Below, one piece after another: positions 56,992 to 64,000 of a stretch of 64,000 nucleotides of DNA; position 1 is the stretch's first letter, and each line of letters starts with the position of its first letter. Position numbers and translations under genes: made by a program. Origin of the DNA: an uncultured Chloroflexia bacterium (GTDB taxonomy: Bacteria > Chloroflexota > Limnocylindria > QHBO01); NCBI GenBank assembly GCA_963822845.1, contig CAWGIY010000007.1, positions 47,657 to 111,656 of the forward strand, in the 5' to 3' direction. The notes beneath the pieces were generated by a model. It saw nothing but the letters and a program-made list of their open reading frames with translations. It searched no databases and had not been told where the DNA came from.

Positions 56992-58698
56992 ATGCGACGC
57001 TACCGCGTTCTCCCCGCACTTGCGCTGATGGGGCTGCTACTCGGGGCGTGTACCGCCACTCAGGGCACCCCGAGCGCGGAGCCGGAGGGCTCGGGTGACG
57101 GCGCCGAGCCGTCGACCTCGAGCACAGCCACCGGCGGCACCGTCCGCATCGGCTGGGCGGGCTATCCCGACAGCCTGAACCCCGGCAACGGGGTGCTCAC
57201 GGAGGCATACACCCTCTATGGGCTCGTGTTCGACACGCCGGTCACGGTCAACTCCGCGGGCGAGTACGTGCCCGCGCTCGCCACCGAGTGGTCGAGCACG
57301 GAGGATGGCCTAACCTGGACGATGACGATCCGCGACGACGCGACCTTCCATGACGGTGAGCCGCTGACGGCGGAGGACGTCGCCTTCTCGATGCAGCTGT
57401 ACCAGGACACCGAGGACTTCCCGTTCCTTCCCTCGTACGTCGAGCCATTCACCAGCATCGAGGCGACCGACGAGACGACGGTGACCTTGACGACGGAGGA
57501 GCCGATCGCGAACTTCGAGCCCAACATGGCGTTCATCTACGTGCTGCCGATGCACATCTGGGAGTCTGTGGAGGACCCGGTCGAGTTCGGCAACGACGAG
57601 ATGATCGGCTCGGGGCCGTTCTCGCTGGTCGAGGCGGACCAGGGAGTGTCCGTCGAGCTTGCGGCCAACAAGGAGCACTGGGGCACGCCGCCGAACATCG
57701 ACGGCGTGATCTTCCAGACGTACGAGGCCGATGACGCCCGTGTGACGGCGCTTACCACCAGCCAGATCGATGCGATGCTCGACGTCCCCGAGACGGCGAT
57801 CCCGGCGCTCCAGAACGAGGAGAACGTCGTCGTCCACATCGCCGAAGTGGCTGCCGGCGGCAGCTTCACGGACATCATCTTCAACGTCACCGAGGACGAC
57901 GACTGCCCGCCGGACGATGGCGTCTGCTCCGGTCACCCGGCGCTGAGGGATCTTGCGGTTCGGCAGGCGCTCGCGCATGCCGTTGACAAGGAACAGCTGA
58001 TCACTGTCGCCACCAGCGGGACCGGATCCCCCGGCCTGTCGGTGGTGCCGCCGGGGCTCGGCGACTTCTACGCGTCCGAGATCGAGGACTACCCATTCGA
58101 CATCGCCGCCGCGAACGCGATCCTCGACGAGGCTGGCTACACCGACGGCGACGGCGACGGCGTCCGCGAGTGCCTCCCAGACCAGGACTGCGAGAACCTC
58201 ACCTTCCGTCTCAACTATCCCGCCGATGCGACCACCGGCGCCCGCGAGACGGAGGTCATCCAGGAGACGTGGCAGCAGATCGGTGTCGCGGTCACCGTCC
58301 AGGTGCTCGACCCGGACGCCCTCACCGCGGTGTGCTGCCCGGCCTTCGACTTCGACGTGATCATGTGGGGTTGGGGCTCCGATCCCGATCCGGCGTTCCT
58401 GCTCGGGGTCGCGCTGTGCTCGGAGATCCCGTCGGGCTTCAGTGAGACCGGCTACTGCAACCCGGAGTACGACGAGCTGTTCGCAGCACAGGCTGTCGAG
58501 CTCGACCTCGATGCACGGGTGGAGATCATCCACCAAATGCAGCAGATCCTCATGGACGATCTGCCGTACATCATCCCGTACTACTACCCGACCATCGAGG
58601 TGTGGCGGACGGACACGTTCACCGGCTGGCTCGAGGACGATCCCACGCTGGGGCTTCAGGACTCGACGAGCCTCACCGTGCTCCGCCCTTCCGAATAG
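56992..58698 (+). CDS. Peptide ABC transporter substrate-binding lipoprotein (family 5)
   Basis: Lipobox LGAC, FHDGEPLTAEDV, IGSGPF, VRQALAHAVDK. Confidence 0.92.
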   Translation: MRRYRVLPALALMGLLLGACTATQGTPSAEPEGSGDGAEPSTSSTATGGTVRIGWAGYPDSLNPGNGVLTEAYTLYGLVFDTPVTVNSAGEYVPALATEWSSTEDGLTWTMTIRDDATFHDGEPLTAEDVAFSMQLYQDTEDFPFLPSYVEPFTSIEATDETTVTLTTEEPIANFEPNMAFIYVLPMHIWESVEDPVEFGNDEMIGSGPFSLVEADQGVSVELAANKEHWGTPPNIDGVIFQTYEADDARVTALTTSQIDAMLDVPETAIPALQNEENVVVHIAEVAAGGSFTDIIFNVTEDDDCPPDDGVCSGHPALRDLAVRQALAHAVDKEQLITVATSGTGSPGLSVVPPGLGDFYASEIEDYPFDIAAANAILDEAGYTDGDGDGVRECLPDQDCENLTFRLNYPADATTGARETEVIQETWQQIGVAVTVQVLDPDALTAVCCPAFDFDVIMWGWGSDPDPAFLLGVALCSEIPSGFSETGYCNPEYDELFAAQAVELDLDARVEIIHQMQQILMDDLPYIIPYYYPTIEVWRTDTFTGWLEDDPTLGLQDSTSLTVLRPSE

Positions 58699-58758
58699 GC
58701 CGATGCGGGCCGGGCGTCATTCCGAGGCCCGGCCCCGCATGCCTAGGGACGTGACGCG

Positions 58759-59766
58759 ATGAGCGGCCGCGGCGGCTTCCTGGCCCGCAAGGTCGCGTGG
58801 GCGCTCGTGACGATCGTTGTCGTCGTCACCTTCAACTTCCTCCTGTTCCGGGTGCTGCCCGGCGATCCGGCCAAGTCGGGGATGCGCGATCCGCGGCTCA
58901 ACCCGGCGGCGGTCGAGGCGCTCCGCGAGCGATTCGGCCTCGACAAGCCGGTGTTCATCAACGTCGATGGCGGCAATCCGTTCGATACCCAGTTCACGGC
59001 GTACCTCGGCGCCCTCGCCCGCGGCGACCTCGGGACGAGCTACGCGTTTCGTGACCAGGAGGTCGCGGACATGCTCGGCCAGGCACTCGTCAACACGCTG
59101 TGGCTCATCCTTCCCGCCGAGGCGTTCGCGCTGATCCTCGGAGTCGGGCTCGGCCTCTTCGCCGCCTGGAGACGGGGAAGAGCCGCGGACGTCGCCGCGG
59201 TCACCTTCAGCCTCTTCATGTGGGCGCTGCCGATCTTCTTCCTCGGCATCATCCTGCTGATCGCGGGCGCAAACTGGTTCGGGCTGCCCGCCGGCGGACG
59301 GATCACGGTCGGTGCCGACTTCGAGTCGTTCTTCGCGTTGGCCTGGGACGTCGGCCGCCACCTGCTCCTGCCGACGCTGACGCTCGGGCTGGCGCTGCTC
59401 GGCGAGTACATGCTCATCATGCGCAGCAGCGTCCTCGACGTCTTCGGCGAGGACTACATCCTCACGGCTCGCGCCAAGGGCCTCTCGACGTACCGGATCA
59501 TCCGCCATCACGCGCTGCGCAACGCGATGCTGCCGATGGTGACCCTCATCGCGCTGACGCTCGGCTTCACGGTCGCCGGCGCGATCCAGGTCGAGGCCGT
59601 CTTCTCCTGGCCGGGCCTCGGGGCATTGACCGTGGACGCCGTGGCGGACCGCGACTATCCGGTCCTGCAGGGAGCCTTCCTGCTGCTGGCGGTGGCCGTC
59701 GTCATCGCCAACCTCGCCGCGGAGCTGGTGTACGGCTGGCTCGATCCGCGAGTCAGCGAGGGGTGA
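58759..59766 (+). CDS. Peptide ABC transporter permease (DppB/OppB-like)
   Basis: LPGDPA, DYILTARAKGLS, RDYPVLQG. Confidence 0.92.
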   Translation: MSGRGGFLARKVAWALVTIVVVVTFNFLLFRVLPGDPAKSGMRDPRLNPAAVEALRERFGLDKPVFINVDGGNPFDTQFTAYLGALARGDLGTSYAFRDQEVADMLGQALVNTLWLILPAEAFALILGVGLGLFAAWRRGRAADVAAVTFSLFMWALPIFFLGIILLIAGANWFGLPAGGRITVGADFESFFALAWDVGRHLLLPTLTLGLALLGEYMLIMRSSVLDVFGEDYILTARAKGLSTYRIIRHHALRNAMLPMVTLIALTLGFTVAGAIQVEAVFSWPGLGALTVDAVADRDYPVLQGAFLLLAVAVVIANLAAELVYGWLDPRVSEG

Positions 59767-59770
59767 CCCG

Positions 59771-61711
59771 ATGGCCGTGATCGAGGCGACCCAGGCGGCC
59801 ACGCCGGTCGCGGAGCCGCGCCTGCGGTGGCGCGCGCTCCTCCGGCACCGGATCGGCGTCCTCGGGGCGGCGATGCTGCTCTTCGCGATCGTCGTTGCCA
59901 TCTTCGCGCCGTGGATCGCGCCGTACGATCCGTACGCGCCCGTCGACGTCACGATCTTCGACATCTACCAGGCCCCCTCGCCCGCGCACCCCCTCGGGAC
60001 CGATGACGGCGGCAAGGACGTCTTCTCGTCGCTCGTGTACGGCGCGCGCGTGTCGCTGGTGGTGGGCTTCACGGCCGCGGCGATCGCGATCGGGATCGGC
60101 GCGCTGGTCGGGATCGTGGCCGGCTACCGGCGCGGATGGCTCGGCTCGCTCCTCATGCGGATCACCGACTTCTTCCTCGTCATCCCAGACCTGGCGCTGA
60201 TGATCGTGCTGGTGGCGATCATCGGTCCCTCGCTGGGGACGATCATTCTCGTCATCGGCTTTCTGGGCTGGACCGGCACGGCCCGGCTCATCCGGGCGCA
60301 GACGCTCTCGGTGCGCGAGCGCAAGTACGTCATGCGTGCCCAGGCGGTGGGCGCCGGCGACGTGCACATCCTGCGACGTCACATCCTCCCGGCGGTCCTG
60401 CCGCTGATGCTCGCCAACCTCGTGCTCGTGGTGAGCGTGGCGATCCTCGAGGAGTCGTCGCTCGCCTTCCTGGGCCTCGGCGACCCCACCGTCATCAGCT
60501 GGGGGCAGATGCTGAACTACGCGTTCGAGCGCGGTGCCATCAGCGCCGGCGCCTGGTGGGCACTGCTCTCGCCCGGGTTCGCGATCGTGTGGGTGGTGCT
60601 CGGGACGACCCTGCTCGGCTTCGCGCTCGAGAACATCGTCAACCCGCGGCTCCGGCGCCATCACCTCGAGGATCCTGGGACCGATGTCGCGCCCGACCGG
60701 CAGATCTCCCCGATGCCCGCGGCCGAGCCCGGCGTCCAAGCGCCGATCCTCCGCGTCCGCGACCTGGCGATCGAGTTCGCCGGCGAGTCCGGGCCGCTGC
60801 GCGCCGTCGACGGGGTCAGCTTCGACCTGCGCCGCGGCGAGACACTGGGCCTCGTCGGAGAGTCGGGCTGCGGCAAGACGACCACCGTCCTCGGCCTGCT
60901 CCGCCTGCTGCCGCCCGGCGGGCGGATCGTCGGCGGCTCGGTCTGGTTCGACGGCGAGGACCTCGTCGGGCTCGACGGCCGCGCCCTCCGCTCGTTCCGC
61001 TGGACCCGCCTCTCGCTCGTCTTCCAGGGCGCGATGAACGCCCTGAACCCCGTGCGGACCGTGGGGGACCAGATCTCCGAGGCGATCCGGCTCCACGCGC
61101 CGGAGACGTCGAAGGCGGAGGCCGCCGCCCGCACCGGCGAGCTGCTCGAGCGCGTCGGGATCTCGCGGCGTCGGGCCCGCGAATACCCCCACACGTACTC
61201 CGGTGGGATGCGCCAACGCGCGATGATCGCGCTCGCCCTGGCCTGCGACCCCGACGTCATCGTCGCCGACGAGCCCACCACCGCCCTCGACGTGATGATC
61301 CAGGCCCAGATCCTGGAACTGCTCGGCGGGATCGCCCGCGACTTCGGCATGGGGATCATCCTCGTCACCCACGACCTCGGCGTGGTGGCGCAGGTCTGTG
61401 ACCGCGTGGTGGTGATGTACGGCGGCGTGGTTGCCGAGGAGAACGACGCGGCCACGCTGTTCCGCGAGCCGCAGCACCCCTACACGCAGCAGCTGCTCGG
61501 CTCCTTCCCGGACCTCGCCCATCCCGACCGGCCGCTGCGCGGCATCCCCGGCTCGCCGCCGCGGCTCGACGACATGCCGGTCGGCTGCCGCTTCGCGCCA
61601 CGCTGTCCGCACGCCTTCGACCGATGCGTCGGCGAACGTCCGCCCGAGTACCCCGCGGCCGGCGGCCGCGCCTCGTGCTTCCTCCTCGATCCGGCCGAGG
61701 CACGCACGTGA
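59771..61711 (+). CDS. Fused peptide ABC permease and ATPase (DppC-DppD)
   Basis: HPLGTD..GARVSL permease, then GESGCGKT, SGGMRQR, DEPTTALD. Confidence 0.9.
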   Translation: MAVIEATQAATPVAEPRLRWRALLRHRIGVLGAAMLLFAIVVAIFAPWIAPYDPYAPVDVTIFDIYQAPSPAHPLGTDDGGKDVFSSLVYGARVSLVVGFTAAAIAIGIGALVGIVAGYRRGWLGSLLMRITDFFLVIPDLALMIVLVAIIGPSLGTIILVIGFLGWTGTARLIRAQTLSVRERKYVMRAQAVGAGDVHILRRHILPAVLPLMLANLVLVVSVAILEESSLAFLGLGDPTVISWGQMLNYAFERGAISAGAWWALLSPGFAIVWVVLGTTLLGFALENIVNPRLRRHHLEDPGTDVAPDRQISPMPAAEPGVQAPILRVRDLAIEFAGESGPLRAVDGVSFDLRRGETLGLVGESGCGKTTTVLGLLRLLPPGGRIVGGSVWFDGEDLVGLDGRALRSFRWTRLSLVFQGAMNALNPVRTVGDQISEAIRLHAPETSKAEAAARTGELLERVGISRRRAREYPHTYSGGMRQRAMIALALACDPDVIVADEPTTALDVMIQAQILELLGGIARDFGMGIILVTHDLGVVAQVCDRVVVMYGGVVAEENDAATLFREPQHPYTQQLLGSFPDLAHPDRPLRGIPGSPPRLDDMPVGCRFAPRCPHAFDRCVGERPPEYPAAGGRASCFLLDPAEART

Positions 61712-62697
61712 CCGATACGCTCCTCAGCGTCGAGGACCTCGTCAAGGAGTTCCCCGGCCAGCAATCGTTCATCGACTGGATCGCTCGCCGTCCGGCACCA
61801 CCGGTCCGGGCCGTCGACGGGATCAGCTTCGAGCTGCGGTCGGGCGAGGTGCTCGCGCTGGTCGGCGAGTCAGGCTGCGGCAAGACGACGACCGGCAACC
61901 TGCTCATGGGCCTCATGCCGGCGAGCGGCGGACGCGTCGTGCTCGACGGCGCGGAAGTCGGCCGCATGTCCGGGCGCGCGCTGCTGAAGCTGCGGCGGCG
62001 CGTGCAGATGGTCTTCCAGGACCCGTACGAGTCGCTCAACCCGCGGATGCGGGTCGGCGACATCGTGGCGGAGCCGTTGCGGGTCCACAAGGTCGCGTCG
62101 GGGGCCGAACTGCGTCGGCGCGTCGAGGAGGCACTGACGTCGGCCGGCCTGACGCCGGTGGCGGCGTACCTGCGCCGCTACCCGTTCGAGCTGTCCGGCG
62201 GCCAGCGCCAGCGCGTCGTCATCGCCGCCGGCCTGGCGCTCGAGCCGACGCTGCTCATCGCCGACGAGCCGGTGAGCATGCTCGACGTCAGCATCCGCGC
62301 CGACATCCTCAATCTGCTCGGCATGCTCGCCCGCGAGCGCGGCATCGCGGTCGTGATGATCACCCACGACCTCTCGACCGTCGCCGCCTACGCCGATCGA
62401 ATCGCGGTCATGTACCTCGGCCGCATCGTCGAGCACGGCCCGACGCGCGAGGTCCTCGCCAACCCGCGCCACCCGTACGCGGAGGCGCTCCTCTCGGTCG
62501 TGCCGATTCCCGACCCGTCGGTGCGCCGGCGTCCGGTCATTCTCAGCGGCGAGATGCCGGACCCGTCACGGATGCCCTCCGGCTGCCGCTTCCACCCGCG
62601 CTGCCCCGTTGCCTTCGACCGATGCCCGACGGTCGACCCGCCGCTCTTCGACGTCGGTCCCGGCCACCAGGCCGCCTGTCTCCTGCTGGAGGGCTGA
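61708..62697 (+). CDS. Peptide ABC transporter ATP-binding protein (DppF-like)
   Basis: GESGCGKT, LSGGQRQR, GCRFHPRCP. Confidence 0.92.
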   Translation: MTDTLLSVEDLVKEFPGQQSFIDWIARRPAPPVRAVDGISFELRSGEVLALVGESGCGKTTTGNLLMGLMPASGGRVVLDGAEVGRMSGRALLKLRRRVQMVFQDPYESLNPRMRVGDIVAEPLRVHKVASGAELRRRVEEALTSAGLTPVAAYLRRYPFELSGGQRQRVVIAAGLALEPTLLIADEPVSMLDVSIRADILNLLGMLARERGIAVVMITHDLSTVAAYADRIAVMYLGRIVEHGPTREVLANPRHPYAEALLSVVPIPDPSVRRRPVILSGEMPDPSRMPSGCRFHPRCPVAFDRCPTVDPPLFDVGPGHQAACLLLEG

Positions 62698-62742
62698 GCG
62701 CCCGCAACGAAGAAGGGGCTGGCACTCGCCCGATGAGGCGGC

Positions 62743-62784
62743 TACACTCCGTGAGCATCTGTGCAGGAGTGAGCAATTGCTCAC
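62743..62784 (+). promoter_or_regulatory. -10 box and SorC/LsrR-type operator
   Basis: TACACT followed by GTGAGCATCTGTGCA and the perfect palindrome GTGAGCAATTGCTCAC. Confidence 0.65.
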
Positions 62785-62803
62785 CTCGTCCCCGGAGGTC
62801 GAC

Positions 62804-63772
62804 GTGACCGACGAGCTCAGCACCGAAGAGCACGAGCTGCTGGCCCGAATCGCGCACCGCTGGTATCTCGACGATCGGACCCAGAGCGAGATCGCCCAGG
62901 AGTTCGGCCTGTCTCGGCCAAAGGTCCAGCGCCTCCTCGACCGGGCACGGACGAGCGGCGTGGTGCAGATCAAGATCGAGGGACCGGTCGGCGTCGACAT
63001 CGGCCTCGAGTCCCAGCTCATCGACGCCTTCGCCCTGACCGATGCGATCGTCGCGGCCAGCGCGGCCGACCCTGAGGCGCAGCGCGCCGGCGTTGCGCGC
63101 AGCGCGGCGGCGTACCTCGAGCGCCGCGTGCGCGACGGCATGGTCGTCGCAGTGAGCCACGGCCGAGACATCGGCGCCATCCCGCGGCACTTCCGGCCCG
63201 CCGGCGCGCTCGAGTGCGTCTTCGCCAGCGCGATGGGCGGGTCACCGACCATCGACGCGCCGACGAACCCGAACGAGATCTGCCGCGCCCTGGCCGAACG
63301 CAGCGGGGGCCGCGCCGAGAGCCTCTTCGCCCCAGCCTACGTCGAGAGCGCAGAGGTCCGTGACAGCCTGCACGCCCAGGAGGCCGTCTCGCACGTCCTT
63401 CGTACCGCGGCCACGGCCGACCTGGCGATCGTCGGCATCGGCGGGACCGACGACGACTGCACGATGGTCCGCAGCGGCTGCCTCGACCTCGTCGAGATCG
63501 CTCGGCTGCGCGAGCAGGGAGCGGTGGGTGACGTGCTCGGCAACTACGTCGACCGTGCCGGAGAGCTGATCTCGTCCCCGCACAGCAGCCGGCTGGTCGG
63601 GCTCTCGATCGACGATCTGCGGGGCATCGGCACCGTCGTGGCTGTCGTCAGCGGCCGGGAGAAGCCGGACGCGATCCTGGGCGTGCTGCGCGCCGGGATC
63701 GTCGACGTCCTCATCGTGGACGAGACGAACGCGCGCACGGTCATCGGCCTCGCGCGGGGAGGAGAAGCGTAA
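62804..63772 (+). CDS. SorC/DeoR(Bacillus)/LsrR family sugar-binding transcriptional regulator
   Basis: WYLDDRTQSEIA..LSRPKVQRLL, AVGDVLG, KPDAILGVL, LIVDE. Confidence 0.9.
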   Translation: MTDELSTEEHELLARIAHRWYLDDRTQSEIAQEFGLSRPKVQRLLDRARTSGVVQIKIEGPVGVDIGLESQLIDAFALTDAIVAASAADPEAQRAGVARSAAAYLERRVRDGMVVAVSHGRDIGAIPRHFRPAGALECVFASAMGGSPTIDAPTNPNEICRALAERSGGRAESLFAPAYVESAEVRDSLHAQEAVSHVLRTAATADLAIVGIGGTDDDCTMVRSGCLDLVEIARLREQGAVGDVLGNYVDRAGELISSPHSSRLVGLSIDDLRGIGTVVAVVSGREKPDAILGVLRAGIVDVLIVDETNARTVIGLARGGEA

Positions 63773-64000
63773 TGCCGGTGGTGCCGACCCAGGAGATCGT
63801 GGCGAAGGCGTTCTCGGAGCGCTACGGAGTCGCGGCGATCAACGTCGTCAACGACCTCACGATGGAGGCCGTCCTGGCGGCGGCCGACGAGCTCCGCGCG
63901 CCGCTCATCGTGCAGACCTCGGTCAAGACCGTGAAGTCGATCGGCGCCGACGTGCTGATCGCGATGTGGCGCGCGATGGCCGACCGCGTCAGCGTGCCGG
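63772..64000 (+). CDS. fba: Class II fructose-bisphosphate aldolase family (runs off the window end)
   Basis: MPVVPTQEIVAKAFSERYGVAAINVVNDLTMEAVLAAADELRAPLIVQTS. Confidence 0.8.
   Translation, partial: MPVVPTQEIVAKAFSERYGVAAINVVNDLTMEAVLAAADELRAPLIVQTSVKTVKSIGADVLIAMWRAMADRVSVP

Overview
High-GC (about 70%) bacterial chromosomal window. Gene style and content suggest a soil or freshwater Chloroflexota such as Limnocylindria, but that is inference only. Left to right: a GAF sensor kinase, queG, a probable 6S RNA, DUF1015 and an alpha/beta-fold protein. Then tRNA-Glu(CTC) carries two tandem integrated islands (5181-8894 and 8895-14550), marked by repeats of the tRNA 3' end and 12-bp-periodic arm sites. 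Island cargo is a truncated integrase, a secreted S1 protease plus lipoprotein, a small secreted Cys peptide, and a MarR/LUD/pirin/LLM/DsbA cluster. A compact uncharacterised signalling operon follows at 17212-23555: MinD-like ATPase, hybrid kinase, Hpt, a REC-HAMP-tail protein and an extended amino-acid permease. This is the best candidate for an undescribed system. The rest holds two frameshifted flavoenzymes, tRNA-Arg(TCT), a fused 2-oxoacid dehydrogenase E1 paired with a FabD-like acyltransferase, a GT2 fused to a CysRS C-terminal-like domain, a BldC-like HTH, an Fe3+ ABC transporter with a DtxR/IdeR box, a GlcD/GlcF-like oxidase cluster, peptide/amide utilisation genes with an Opp/Dpp ABC transporter, and a SorC-family regulator ahead of a class II aldolase. 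Non-coding signals include two inverted copies of a 157-bp REP-like element, two triple CCGCTTACC direct repeats, and many apparently leaderless promoters. No CRISPR array, rRNA or intact transposase was seen.
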